Shown: in pieces, positions 21,301 through 30,569 of the stretch
Layout: each line of letters begins with the position of its first letter
Position numbering within the stretch: position 1 is the first letter of the stretch
Virus record (IMG/VR): IMGVR_UViG_3300045988_167643
Source of the DNA: a virus
Length of the DNA: 64,000 nt
Reading direction: 5' to 3' (one strand)
Translations under genes and position numbers: made by a program
Notes under the pieces: model-generated
The model's database searches: none
Told to the model about the DNA's origin: nothing
What the model saw: the letters and a program-made list of their open reading frames with translations, nothing else

Positions 21301-22592
21301 GTAATGTCACCGTTAATCGTATTAAACTGTGAATCGTAGTCGGCAATATTCTGTTTTAAAATATCTGCTGTATTTTTGGCTTCAGATGCAGTTGAACGAA
21401 TTGCTTCGTCTGCTTTCTCAAGGTCCGTTGTCTTTGTTTTTAATGCTGTAATATCAAAAGTATTTGTTTCAACCTTTTGGGAAAGGTTAGTTACCGAAGA
21501 TTCCACAGCATTTACCTTTTTTGATACAGGACTGATTTTTGTATCAACACTTGTATTAATTTCTTCTTTAAGAGCAGCTGTCCATTGTGCAGATGGCTCA
21601 ATAGAGCTAAGTTCTACAGACTGGATTTCTGTTTCACCATTCTTAAAAGTAAGCTTACCCTTGCCACCTTCAACGGTATATGTAACTTTTAGGTTTGATA
21701 AACTGTTAATGGTGATAGTTGTCAGAATAACAGTACCATCTTTAAATACAAGCTTTCCTGTTGTATTGTCGTATTCAACCTTAAGATTCTTTAAACTGTC
21801 AATATTACTGATCGCATCATTGAGTGTTTTAACCTTAGTATCAATCTCTGTTTTGTTATAATAATTTTCTGCAAGATTTGCGTTCACATCTGCTGTTACA
21901 GATTTTTTTACGTCCGCCTTAATAGTATTAACATCTACGGATTCTGCAGAGGCTTTTGCCTGATCAGCATATTTCTTAGCTTCATCAACATGTCCCATTA
22001 TGGTTGCTACAAATCCTGTGTACCAGTCATCTGATGGCTCAACAATACCATCATAATTTAATCCCTCAAGGACAGTAAGTCTACCATTTGGTCTTGTTCT
22101 CCAAACGTATGTATTTCCTTTCTCGTTTGAGCCAGTTGCCATAATTTCAAATCTGACATCACCGGAGATAGCAGTAACATTCTGATCAACTAACCAACCA
22201 AACGTAATATTTGTTGTACTTGATGCAACATTTACAGCTGTAGATACTTGTCCTTTTTTAGTAGACACATTTTCGTATCTAATTTGAATCAGCATTTTCA
22301 TCAGGTCAATACCATCCCAATATCTCGGAATACGGAATGGAATATACTGACTGTTTGTTTCCTGAACAATATTAATCTGTGAAGAGTCTACTGTTACATT
22401 TTTTAATTTATCCACTGTTGAATATGAATTATCATAGTATTCATCATAGATAACATATCGTCCATCTGTGCATAATACATATCCATCGTCAACAACAGCA
22501 GTAGTGGCTAAATCAGCCTCCATGGTAGAGATATCACTATCATCGGAAGCTGAATTAGCCAATATTTGTGCTTTTGAATCTTTAAATGACAT
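15321..22592 (-). CDS. giant (2423 aa) multidomain host-interaction/fibre protein
   Basis: The ORF is uninterrupted. It contains an LRR block (LETLNIKNCPNLTGSVNLSACENLINLYAQNTAITSF...LTNLNVASYDNLQTF). It has Listeria-Bacteroides-type repeats (FKGWDT...VINAVY; YNLFKGWDQ...KTVNAVF). A CotH-like stretch (MIDNRSKNVF...YDLWDYDNDTGLG) and a C-terminal YWTRSP motif are also present. Domain names are from memory. Confidence 0.75.
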   Translation of the reverse strand: MSFKDSKAQILANSASDDSDISTMEADLATTAVVDDGYVLCTDGRYVIYDEYYDNSYSTVDKLKNVTVDSSQINIVQETNSQYIPFRIPRYWDGIDLMKMLIQIRYENVSTKKGQVSTAVNVASSTTNITFGWLVDQNVTAISGDVRFEIMATGSNEKGNTYVWRTRPNGRLTVLEGLNYDGIVEPSDDWYTGFVATIMGHVDEAKKYADQAKASAESVDVNTIKADVKKSVTADVNANLAENYYNKTEIDTKVKTLNDAISNIDSLKNLKVEYDNTTGKLVFKDGTVILTTITINSLSNLKVTYTVEGGKGKLTFKNGETEIQSVELSSIEPSAQWTAALKEEINTSVDTKISPVSKKVNAVESSVTNLSQKVETNTFDITALKTKTTDLEKADEAIRSTASEAKNTADILKQNIADYDSQFNTINGDITNIQADIDEIKKNPAASEYDVDYVGSTFSWMKNGEVLKTFTIQSGGGGGSDTSTITIERVTPADAIFLLGDKAEIEYTFSSVDNTGDTTGDGTAIWKVGNTIVSTTTASQGTNKVDLTEYLSVGSNQIRVSITDSFGTMSYKTWTVTIVEFKLESTFDDTLIYTDTDVVFRYTPYGNVNKTIHFILDGQELESVTTQASGRIISYNIPKQEHGAHFLKVYMTATVNNKDITSATIYKDIVCVDPSNRTPIIGCSQQEFTAKQYQATSIKYVVYDPVHNPSTVKLAVDGKTVSTLTVDRTAQVWSFKSSEVGQKNLTISCQKITKILTAHIEKLDIDVNPITTNLAFDFNPVGLSNGDENRLWSDENHPEVALTVSDNFDWDNGGYQIDEEGNQYFCVKAGTTASISYNLFAKDPKQTGAEFKIIFKTKNVRNASATFLSCLDGLADSNIGLEMKVHEANIYTSTDDLYFPYSEEDIIEYEYNINSIDTKSTTATSIIMTYEDGVGGRPIIYDNSHRLHQYTPAPISIGSPDCDVLIYRIKAYSAALTDSDVLSNFIADARDSDDMIDRYNRNQIYNENNALTPDSVAKACPDLRVIKIEAPHFTNDKKDFVLNTSMECVYVNGDPKFDNWKFTNACHAGQGTTSNEYGFAARNIDVICCFDGIHKVNSKIDLDPNYKTKLVLGDGTEYTEGDGKISLTRNSAPNNWLNFKVNVASSEMANNALLQKRYNDYLPYSTPASRRDKKIKNSMEFVNCIIFVKESDPDISTHREFNDTEWHFYSLANMGDSKKTDVTRAYDPDDMNECCIEISDNTLPNSVFQTGVTNSDGSMKYPISKDEWKAGNTAYDNLYNNWDGSFEFRYDCCGDSKDGSAISSDEAKEKIRKQNKQNWRDFYEFVITSSNEDFVAHLGDWCIVNSVLYLYLFTLRYTMIDNRSKNVFPHWAKHYISNEEASTIGDKAKYYTIDDTAAAIHNGYRYDLWDYDNDTGLGINNSGELTMSYGKEDTDYKTDGDPSSGYIFNAAESVLWCRIRDLMPKQLASLYQSVDSNCWSDTHLINEFDAWQNQFPEELWRLHYERLYIRTYQGVIFPGKTEVTKSDRFLKEMMNGRKKYQRRQWERDQHAYMGTKFLHTDIKSDQIMFRCNTPKTAVVKPDYTLRIVPYSDMYISVLYGNSPETTQIRAKAGQEYEITTNLTNMDDTAILIYCASRIQALNDLSACYIHDNDFSKASKLKTLIIGNETNGYQNTFLTALNMGNNTLLETLNIKNCPNLTGSVNLSACENLINLYAQNTAITSFLLANHGKIKNAYLPATINTLTFKNLKDLTNLNVASYDNLQTFVCQNSIVDALEIIKTAISTLKTVSITGIDWNLENTDLLKKLAKLGGIDENGITIDQSVLTGTIHIPVMRQQEYKDFVGTDDEPGIWTNLTITYDSMIAQFKVSFLNDDSNKTVLDIQYVDKGSCAVDPTTRQDDPIAIPIKQSTIENDFTFKGWDTILSDKIFADRVINAVYTSTIRNYTVKYNSKGLTLQETVAPYGTYVKYEGDTPVYTAEEAAYKYNLFKGWDQSGYVNGDKTVNAVFDTCEYVDGYFNDKDLKDLSQVELYAMMKMGLEQKVLSLKDSFDFTLGVDFHYNDIEEEELISSTTVFDGTNHIDTGISIMDKDKDFTFAIDFEFDNENATGATLAQCFQGDGSNGFRLWYSQSYKLSWGTDSANASSSGGREIIVIRHKAGSQKLYVYNSNMSGNAISTATLQAIRIPEITSTLVFGCSKADDGAYENYAKGKIHWCKLWYSDLGEEQCSDIAAWIHETIPMEVAKFKAYYLSDVASKRANVTFIASNLLGSKKAYSNKSTNTGGWAESTLNTWMNTRITKAIPPLWKALIKPVKVSSSTGNKSNTISTSNCRFYVPALYDIDASAGSDPYSSETNATIQYYVDNDSRKKAKTSTPDVYESYWTRSPNAQVSNWVYSINEQGDTYGYSYPGQEMGVLMMFSITCEG

Positions 22593-22608
22593 GTTCTCCC
22601 TCCATCTT

Positions 22609-23322
22609 TTATTTTAATAATTCATCAAGGCTCTGTACGCCTGTAACTTTGTCAATATGTGTAATACCATCTTGAGTGCCATCTGGATCTGTACCTGTAA
22701 GTTCTTTTGCAATAGAGTCTGAAAGGTCTGCAATCCCAACACCATCACCTGTATTTCCATTAGCGTTTACAAGAGTCAGTTTCTTTGCTTCTGAATCAAG
22801 TTTCATATCAATTGGCATATTGTCATAAGTTGCCTGACCAAGTTTTTTAATATCTTCAGCAGTTGCCATAAGTGCAAGAATTCTCTGGTCAAGTTCAGTT
22901 AACATTTCACTTGGTTCATAACTATCAAACTGTGCTAATTTTGTAATGTGGATAAGTCCAGATTCAGTTTTTCGAACATAAGAAGTGGTAGTATCAGATT
23001 CTTCATCATGAACAAGTTTTAAGAAAGTAAATGATACCTCGATATCACCTGGTTCTGCAGAGATATTGGCTGTCACAGGAATAGTATATAAAATATGACT
23101 CTCATCAGTTGTTGTATCTGCAATGAGCTGAGTCATCTTAATTTTCTTTGTAACCGGAAGAACATATTTCATATAAGCAGTAGTATCTGTCATATCAATT
23201 TGTTCTTTATAAAGTTTATTAATAATAATCTGGATAGAGTTCACGCAATTACTTTTCTCCATCAGACTTTCTTTTACTGTAGTAATAACATTATTGTCAT
23301 CTGTAATTCTAAGAGTGTACAT
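22609..23322 (-). CDS. structural protein (baseplate block)
   Basis: The start was moved to the ATG at 23322 (MYTLRITDD), which is preceded by GAAAGGTGGTG. The track start at 23352 lacks an RBS. Confidence 0.5.
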   Translation of the reverse strand: MYTLRITDDNNVITTVKESLMEKSNCVNSIQIIINKLYKEQIDMTDTTAYMKYVLPVTKKIKMTQLIADTTTDESHILYTIPVTANISAEPGDIEVSFTFLKLVHDEESDTTTSYVRKTESGLIHITKLAQFDSYEPSEMLTELDQRILALMATAEDIKKLGQATYDNMPIDMKLDSEAKKLTLVNANGNTGDGVGIADLSDSIAKELTGTDPDGTQDGITHIDKVTGVQSLDELLK

Positions 23323-23361
23323 TTTACACCACCTTTCTAACAATAATAACAAATATATAAT

Positions 23362-23976
23362 TTACGGAATAATAGCCATCCAACTAACCGTCAGTTTTTT
23401 ATCAACCCCATTTTCATTGTTATAAATACAAATAGTGGCACCAGTTTGACTTTTATTTGTTATTGAAACGGCATAGTTTTGGGGATCTGTTTGATTAGTT
23501 GTCGCGAATACGACTGGAATAGATTTGAATTTATTTGGGAATGTTAAAGTATAAGTTTTTGCGCCAGCTGTAGATCCAGTTGTAAATTCAAAAGAACCAA
23601 CCTGATAACTGACTACAAAATCTACATTATTTATATAATAATAATCTGATGGTTTTTGTCTTTGTTTTAGTGGAATACGAATCTGTGCGACTGTTTCAGA
23701 AGTGCTATTTGATTCAGATATATAAATATATCCAATAAGAGGGTATGGCTCTTGAAGCAATGAGTTTGGGACATCTACATAAAATTTATTATTTTTCAAA
23801 GATGATTTAACCTGAAGTGCTTCTTCACTCATTCTATTGCACCAATGAATCACAGGCGGAGAAGTCAGACCAAATGTTTCAAAACATATGGTCTGTCCTT
23901 TATCCCATTGTGTAAGATGATTTATTCTAGTAACACCATCAGACTCATAGCAAGTGATATCAAGTACACTTCGCAT
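23362..23976 (-). CDS. baseplate protein, BppU-N-like with H-type-lectin-like C-terminus
   Basis: The N-terminus has LTQWDKGQTICFE. The C-terminus has TYTLTFPNKFKSIPVVFATT...SITNKSQTGATICIY, an H_lectin-like pattern. Assignment is from memory and weak. Confidence 0.45.
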   Translation of the reverse strand: MRSVLDITCYESDGVTRINHLTQWDKGQTICFETFGLTSPPVIHWCNRMSEEALQVKSSLKNNKFYVDVPNSLLQEPYPLIGYIYISESNSTSETVAQIRIPLKQRQKPSDYYYINNVDFVVSYQVGSFEFTTGSTAGAKTYTLTFPNKFKSIPVVFATTNQTDPQNYAVSITNKSQTGATICIYNNENGVDKKLTVSWMAIIP

Positions 23977-23991
23977 ATGTGCCTCCTTAAT

Positions 23992-24438
23992 TTATTCAAC
24001 TGCAGCTTCTTTTGTTTCATCAGGTTCTGTATCTGCTTTTTCCTCTTTCTTTTCTGGTTCCGGTTTCTTTACAAGAAAAGCGTCAATAATAGCATAATCA
24101 TTCATAGTTGCGTTAGGTGCATCAACCTCATAAAGAGAATCAAATTCTTCCTCGGTGAGCTGTGGAATATCTACATCAATCTGATACAGAAGGATAGGAG
24201 TGAATTTAGCCATAAATTTCTCATAAGCTTCTTTGTCATCGTTAGGAATAGCTATTCCACCTTCTACCTCTTTACCATATTCCTGAATTAATTTATTTTT
24301 CTGATCATCACAGTCTTTAATTTCATCTTGAAGTTTACGAAGTACACGGAAGAGTACGAATGCTGTTTTGCCTTTAGCGTTACTGAATTTCTTAGTTGCC
24401 TCAATAATATCGTAAATAGCTGCGTTTGTGATTTTCAT
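23992..24438 (-). CDS. hypothetical protein with acidic C-terminal tail
   Basis: RBS AAAAGGAGAAAAACTACTATG. It follows the terminator after the Tal gene. Confidence 0.5.
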   Translation of the reverse strand: MKITNAAIYDIIEATKKFSNAKGKTAFVLFRVLRKLQDEIKDCDDQKNKLIQEYGKEVEGGIAIPNDDKEAYEKFMAKFTPILLYQIDVDIPQLTEEEFDSLYEVDAPNATMNDYAIIDAFLVKKPEPEKKEEKADTEPDETKEAAVE

Positions 24439-24469
24439 AGTAGTTTTTCTCCTTTTTATCTTAATTTTT

Positions 24470-24504
24470 AATATAAAAAGAGCATTCCTGTTATAGAATG
24501 CTCT
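24470..24504 (-). terminator. rho-independent terminator after Tal gene
   Basis: On the minus strand, AGAGCATTC-tataacag-GAATGCTCT is followed by TTTTTAT. Confidence 0.75.
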
Positions 24505-27500
24505 TAGTTGATTTGTTGCTCTAAATATTCAATTCGTTGCTTTAATTGCTTGTTTTCTGCTTTTAATTCAGCATACATTTCTTGGATTGATTTTGTAATA
24601 AGACTTTCCATATAGAATGTATTTACACCATATGGTTCATTGCTTTCAGATGGTTTTATTACCATGTTAGGGTTTATATCTTCTAATTCTTGAGCAATAT
24701 ATCCTAAATCTATATAATTATTTGATTCTTTCCATATAAATTCTCTATGATTTATTTTTAAGATTTGGCTTAATGCATTGTCGATATTGGTGTTTTTTAT
24801 ATTTCTTTTTAATCTCCTATCAGATGTTGTAAGTTGAAATGTTCTTGTCTCAAATTTTTGATAATCCCATTTTCCACGAATTGTAATTTTATTGTCTACG
24901 TTAGTTCTGATAATTGATACATAATATTTTCCACCATCATCTGTTGATGTACAAATTGCAGGTCGATAACTTGTTGACTCTGAATTAATTATGTATCCAT
25001 TAACATTACCACTAACATCTCCAGTAACATTTCCATTTAATGTCCCTCTTATAATACCACCAGATATAGAAACGCTTGTATATGGGGCGACAGAATAAAA
25101 ATACAAATATGGTTCATTATTTCCATCGAGTCCCATTAAAAGTTTTGGCAATGGTTCTACGTCACTTATTCCATAATCATACTTCATAGATAATTGTCCA
25201 TTCCTTAATTCTGTTATGGTGTTGTTTCCCTTTGATGTTATGCCACCTAAAATATCTGCGTTTGAGCAATGCATACTACCATCTTGATTTACATAAAATG
25301 CTCCACTTCCAGCCCAGAATGCATATTTTCCAGAAGTTACACTAAGACCACAACTATCAGAGCCACTTCCTGCTGTGCCGTATGGTTTATTGTAAATAGA
25401 ACCATCATTACTAATATTGAAAAGCCCAATCTTTCCAGACGATGCGGTGATTGTTCCTGATATAGTAGCATCAGTTGCGGTCATATTACCTTCACTATCA
25501 ACAATAAATTTATCAGATATACTTAATCCAGAATTACCAAAATATGCATTACCAGGGCCGCCTATGTTATATCCACTTCCCTTATAAATAGCATCAGAAT
25601 TTATATTCCACGGACCAATACTTCCTGTTGATGCAGTAATATTTCCACTAAAACTTCCGGTAGCTGCCTTTAACTCTCCTGAAAAGGTTCCGGTGGCTGC
25701 CTTTAATTCTCCTTTAAACCATCCAGAGCTTGCATATATTGTTCCGTAAATTATTGCATTACTTGCTTGAAGAAGCCCATTTGTAGATACTTTTATTCCA
25801 GTTTGACCATCAACAATGGTTCCATAATCTTTATCTTTTTCAAAATATACAGACAAGGATTCTGTTTTTGCATACGGTTCAAGATCTACTGTTCTTACAT
25901 ATCCATTAAGATCTGATGATTTTGCATATTCTCCAAGACCGCTTATTTTATCGGTAGAAATATCCACTCCGTCACCAAGAGTTAATGAATTTGCTATGAT
26001 ATCTCCAGTAAATTTTCCTGCTTTTGCATAAATAGTTCCATAAACTACTGCATTTTGTGCAATCATTAACCCATCTGTATTTACAGAAAAATAACCTTTC
26101 GTATCATCTGGATTAATAGTTCCATCAAACTGTCCAATAGAACCATTTTTCTTGACAATAAAAGCAAGTCCTTCATTTTGCATATCGGAAGTAGTTGTGT
26201 AATCTTTTAATTTTTCATCAAGCCCACTGGTTGTAACATAATTTTTTAAATCAGAAATGTTTTCACTGCTAATATTTACATTTTTACCAAGTGTAAGACT
26301 ATTAGCAATAATGTCTCCACGAACAGTAAGAGTCTGTCCGTTCCACGCCATAAGTCCTGCGGAATTGTCTTCTTCTGACGCTTCTTTAATACCTACATAA
26401 TTTTTAATAAGATTATACTTTGTTGTACGTTCTGCATCAGATAGAGTATTGATTCCAAACTCTTTTTCAAGATCTGTTCGAGTCATCTGATTTAATGTAC
26501 TTGCAGATTTATTTTCTTTGTAAATTTTGTCATTTACATTTAGCCAAATGATATAGTTGTCCAATTCTCCAAGGAATCTTATTAACGTACTTTTCTGTAA
26601 TGTAGTTAAAACTTCACTTGAATCAGTAGTATACGGTTTTAACTCTTCAATCTTACTTTTCAACTTTTCCTGGTTTAATCCGATAGGTGAAAAACTCATA
26701 GATTCTTTATATCTTAAATCATCACCGCTAGTTCCTCTTGGAGATTCCCACGAAGATATGTAATTATCAAGGAGTTTTTTATCCTTATTTATATCATCAA
26801 TAATTACCTTTTCTGATTTGCCATAGAAAGTAAAAGTACCGGAATGAAGATTAATCCATCCATTTATACCACGTAAGTCATCAGTAGTAATTTCAGATGC
26901 AGTTAATGAATTTGCAAGAATCTGATCGGCAGTAATAGTATGTGCCTGAATATTTTTACCACCCATGTAATACTTATCATAATCTTCTGGTGGAATGTTC
27001 TTTGATTCAACAGCTCCAAGACTTTCATTAAACGAATACATGATAGAATTCTTTTCACCACGAATGATAAGTCTATCTACAGAAAGAGTACCTGCAGATA
27101 TACGTGTCGCATTAATATCAAGTGCAAGAACGAGTTTAGATGTGGTCGCATCAACATTAATTGTTTCAAAAAGACCACTGTTTGCCATCATATCTCTAGC
27201 ATTAACCATTTTTGATATAACCTGTCCGAAAGCACCTGTATTAGCATTTATTGTATCAAACACACCGTTAGATACCGCATTTGAAAATCTGGTTGAACTC
27301 ACCATTGCCTTAATAAGTGCATCTGAAACTTCAATTCCGGATGTATCTAATTTGCTTTTTACAGATTCTGTAATTTGGTCTTTAGCTGTGCTTACTGTAT
27401 TATCAAGTAAAACAGCAAAGTCATCACGACCACCGTTATAACTAATCATGTTTGTGAATTCAATTTGAAAATTATTTTCAATAACGCATGGATTAAAAGT

Positions 27501-29522
27501 GAGAGATGAGATACGAAGTTTTAAAAAATACTGATCATCTTTATCGAATGAGAGATGGATAAAATTACCTATATCAAAATTTCCTTGCCATTCTTTAAAT
27601 CCAGGAATAGCAAAAATGTTATCCATTGTAAGAGTGAATGATAATTGTGGCTGACACACCTTAGAAAGCTCTGTTGTTGCATCTTGGAATAATTCGTATT
27701 GAGTATTGATTATCTCTGCAGCAGTGTTTGTAGAAATGGTGATAATATTATCATTTACATAATCTGTCTCATTGTACAGTTTATTTAATGTTTCAAGATC
27801 TTCCTTTGTAAATATGCCGCATTTTTCTTTATTGTTAATTGTTGCAACTTCGGACATATTTTTTGAAAAACCATTCATTAAATTCTGAATATCATCATAT
27901 TCGCCTTGTCTTTGCTTAATGGCACCAGAGCATCCACCTTTTTCTGGTTCCGCATATAAGTTCCCATTTTCATCTTTTCCGTATTCGTATTCCCAATACT
28001 TCAAATACTTATTATGAGAAATATTATAATTGGACTCTGTTAAGTGACCTTTTTCATCTTCACTTAAATCTTTCCATGCCTTTTTATAAGCTTTTAAAGC
28101 ATCAATATTATTCAGATATGTTTTCTCTTTTGTTTTTAACTCTTGAAGACCAAACAGATCCCAATTTGTATTCCATTCTTCAATCAAATCATCTACTTCA
28201 TTGGACTTTTTATCATCCTGTGTAGGATCTGTATTATTTTTATATTCAATGGTTTTGTCGATAATTTCAAGAATACCCTGATATGCAATATAATCTTGCT
28301 CCGCACCTTTATTAAGCCACTTCTGGTTTTTTTCATCCCAGTAGCCAAGATTCACATCTTTCAGTGCATCCATATATGTAGTATACTTCTTTTTAATAGT
28401 TCCAAGGTCTTTTACGGTAAATTGTTTCCAATTATTATTCAACCCATCATTCGGAACTCTAAGATTGATTTCATCACGCTTTTCCATATATAAGCTGTAC
28501 TGACGATTGTAATACATGTATTTTTTACGTGCTTCGTCAAGCTTAGATAACCATTGATTATATCTGTCAATTAACCCTTGACTTACATGTTTTGTACTAA
28601 GATAATAAGAAAGATTCTCAATAGTAGAAGAACCAAAATTGACTGCATCAATTGTAAGGTCATCTCCACCACGTACTTCAAATCTTGTCATAATATTATC
28701 TTCTTGAGCTGGTGCATAATTCAACGTCTGAATCAAATTACGATAAGAGATAAATACATTTGAATCCTTACCGTAATCTTTTACGCTATATACATTAATT
28801 GTCCTGGTCATAATATTAAAATCGAAAATACATTCGAATTTCTTTGATACATCCTGCGTTAGAAATGCATATACATTTTTTGAGTCTATATCAAATGACC
28901 GCTTAGAATCAACCATTTGTGAAGTAGTAGTAACAGTTCCATCATCGTTTACTTTAGTCTCTATAACCGTTGTTTCTCTTATTGTCTGATCAACCCAACC
29001 AATTTTCCATCCAAAAACCTTTTCAATTGCAATATCAAGCAATGAAAAATCTTTGTACAGTTCATCATATAAAATAATGTTTTTAACTGCTACTTTAACA
29101 CCTTCATCGGTTTCTTTTACATTGCCATTAATCAAATATTCACGGCTGTCTGTCTCTCCGGTATTAATCTTAAAGTTTTTTAGGGTTTTTAATGCAAGTT
29201 CGCATTCGCATGATTGTGCAGATACTGATTTATATTCATCAAATCCATCATTTGAAACTTCCGGATAGGACATACGAAAATATCCAATTCCATCAACAAA
29301 TATGTACATTGCCTCGTCAAGCATGTCATATCCATTAGATTCTTCGCCGTTCACATATCTATGCACATCAAACTGGATAGTATCAAAATTATTAAGCTGT
29401 TTCGTATAACTGACAGATTGAAGATCAATTCCATTCAATTCACAGATTATTGTATTATCTGTTTTGCATAAATAAAAACGAGCCGGTTCAGCAAGCCCAA
29501 AATAGTCGTAATTAAAATTCAT
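24504..29522 (-). CDS. tail-associated (Tal / prophage-tail-endopeptidase-like) fibre protein with C-terminal S74 chaperone domain
   Basis: The start ATG at 29522 (MNFNYDYF) is preceded by GGTAGGTG and overlaps the Dit stop (TAATG). It sits after Dit. The C-terminus SDRRLKRNIKNT...FIWKE...GYIAQELEDINPNMV plus coiled coil is S74-like. Repeated GDIIANSLTLG and GTIYA motifs are present. Confidence 0.8.
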   Translation of the reverse strand: MNFNYDYFGLAEPARFYLCKTDNTIICELNGIDLQSVSYTKQLNNFDTIQFDVHRYVNGEESNGYDMLDEAMYIFVDGIGYFRMSYPEVSNDGFDEYKSVSAQSCECELALKTLKNFKINTGETDSREYLINGNVKETDEGVKVAVKNIILYDELYKDFSLLDIAIEKVFGWKIGWVDQTIRETTVIETKVNDDGTVTTTSQMVDSKRSFDIDSKNVYAFLTQDVSKKFECIFDFNIMTRTINVYSVKDYGKDSNVFISYRNLIQTLNYAPAQEDNIMTRFEVRGGDDLTIDAVNFGSSTIENLSYYLSTKHVSQGLIDRYNQWLSKLDEARKKYMYYNRQYSLYMEKRDEINLRVPNDGLNNNWKQFTVKDLGTIKKKYTTYMDALKDVNLGYWDEKNQKWLNKGAEQDYIAYQGILEIIDKTIEYKNNTDPTQDDKKSNEVDDLIEEWNTNWDLFGLQELKTKEKTYLNNIDALKAYKKAWKDLSEDEKGHLTESNYNISHNKYLKYWEYEYGKDENGNLYAEPEKGGCSGAIKQRQGEYDDIQNLMNGFSKNMSEVATINNKEKCGIFTKEDLETLNKLYNETDYVNDNIITISTNTAAEIINTQYELFQDATTELSKVCQPQLSFTLTMDNIFAIPGFKEWQGNFDIGNFIHLSFDKDDQYFLKLRISSLTFNPCVIENNFQIEFTNMISYNGGRDDFAVLLDNTVSTAKDQITESVKSKLDTSGIEVSDALIKAMVSSTRFSNAVSNGVFDTINANTGAFGQVISKMVNARDMMANSGLFETINVDATTSKLVLALDINATRISAGTLSVDRLIIRGEKNSIMYSFNESLGAVESKNIPPEDYDKYYMGGKNIQAHTITADQILANSLTASEITTDDLRGINGWINLHSGTFTFYGKSEKVIIDDINKDKKLLDNYISSWESPRGTSGDDLRYKESMSFSPIGLNQEKLKSKIEELKPYTTDSSEVLTTLQKSTLIRFLGELDNYIIWLNVNDKIYKENKSASTLNQMTRTDLEKEFGINTLSDAERTTKYNLIKNYVGIKEASEEDNSAGLMAWNGQTLTVRGDIIANSLTLGKNVNISSENISDLKNYVTTSGLDEKLKDYTTTSDMQNEGLAFIVKKNGSIGQFDGTINPDDTKGYFSVNTDGLMIAQNAVVYGTIYAKAGKFTGDIIANSLTLGDGVDISTDKISGLGEYAKSSDLNGYVRTVDLEPYAKTESLSVYFEKDKDYGTIVDGQTGIKVSTNGLLQASNAIIYGTIYASSGWFKGELKAATGTFSGELKAATGSFSGNITASTGSIGPWNINSDAIYKGSGYNIGGPGNAYFGNSGLSISDKFIVDSEGNMTATDATISGTITASSGKIGLFNISNDGSIYNKPYGTAGSGSDSCGLSVTSGKYAFWAGSGAFYVNQDGSMHCSNADILGGITSKGNNTITELRNGQLSMKYDYGISDVEPLPKLLMGLDGNNEPYLYFYSVAPYTSVSISGGIIRGTLNGNVTGDVSGNVNGYIINSESTSYRPAICTSTDDGGKYYVSIIRTNVDNKITIRGKWDYQKFETRTFQLTTSDRRLKRNIKNTNIDNALSQILKINHREFIWKESNNYIDLGYIAQELEDINPNMVIKPSESNEPYGVNTFYMESLITKSIQEMYAELKAENKQLKQRIEYLEQQIN

Positions 29523-30469
29523 TAATAGGCACCTACCTTTCTTGGGCATCTGAATGTCATTTTAATACTGCATCCACCTGTTATTTTAAATTTGTTTACA
29601 CCAGGAACTAACCTAACCCAATATAATTCCAAACTACCATTATCTAAATTTGTAAGGTTGTCAGATGTAAACCCAAGATCGGATAATTGAACCGGAATAT
29701 TCTTTTTCTTTGTATTACTGTAATAATAAATTTTATGATTTTTTGAATCTATATAAAGTGGATTTGTGTAATCAATTGCATTTGGAATTGTAAGAGTAAG
29801 ACTATGACTTAATAAATCATTAGTAGAAATTTCGGAATAATTATCAATTGTAATTTGCGTACCTGCATAAGAATAAATTGCTATTAACGGATATGTAAAA
29901 TCACCAATCTCATCTGTATCATTGTTCACTTCAAATAATTCTGCGTTTTGAATTGTTACCTCAACATTTTTATTGTTTACAGATACATTTTTATCATTTA
30001 CTGCAAGTAAACAATTCTCTAAGTTGTTATAAGCAAACTCACGTTCGTTACTCCATCCATATGGAGAATCTGCAGTAAATGTATACGTAAGCATTAAAAT
30101 ACCACTACCATAAACGTTAGTTACATCTGTAAATACTCCATAATAATTAATAGGGTCAAAAGCTTCATCTTCAAAAAATAGAAGAGTAGGTGTACGTGGT
30201 CCTGTTAACCAGGCGTTTATATCTCTAACTTCTTCTCTTGAAAAAGCACGATTTTCAGGTTTGGTAATTGTTACTTCAAATGTAAGTACATCTGAATATT
30301 TTGTATTATACCAATTTGATACAGGTCGTCTGCTTGTAATTTCACCTTTTAAAATTTCTCTTGTTAATCCCATTGGAATTGATTCTGGCTGTTCAGAGGC
30401 ACAAATAATAACTCCAAAATCATCGGAAGATTTTCCGTTATATGTAAAAGAAGAGCCAAATATAGCCAT
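29522..30469 (-). CDS. distal tail protein (Dit)
   Basis: The N-terminus MAIFGSSFTYNGKSSDDFGVII is typical of siphovirus tail-family proteins. It lies between the TMP and Tal. The start ATG at 30469 follows AAAGTAGGTG. Confidence 0.7.
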   Translation of the reverse strand: MAIFGSSFTYNGKSSDDFGVIICASEQPESIPMGLTREILKGEITSRRPVSNWYNTKYSDVLTFEVTITKPENRAFSREEVRDINAWLTGPRTPTLLFFEDEAFDPINYYGVFTDVTNVYGSGILMLTYTFTADSPYGWSNEREFAYNNLENCLLAVNDKNVSVNNKNVEVTIQNAELFEVNNDTDEIGDFTYPLIAIYSYAGTQITIDNYSEISTNDLLSHSLTLTIPNAIDYTNPLYIDSKNHKIYYYSNTKKKNIPVQLSDLGFTSDNLTNLDNGSLELYWVRLVPGVNKFKITGGCSIKMTFRCPRKVGAY

Positions 30470-30500
30470 ATTAATCACCTACTTTCTATTCAGACTATTA

Positions 30501-30529
30501 TTGACAAAAATTATTACTTGAATCATAAT
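30501..30529 (+). promoter_or_regulatory. sigma-70-like promoter TTGACA-17-CATAAT
   Basis: It has a consensus -35, a 17-nt spacer and a near-consensus -10. It lies 40 nt upstream of the plus-strand gene embedded in the minus-strand operon. Confidence 0.6.
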
Positions 30530-30569
30530 GGATTTTATATATAGATTTGTTTGAAGGATGGGAGAGAAG

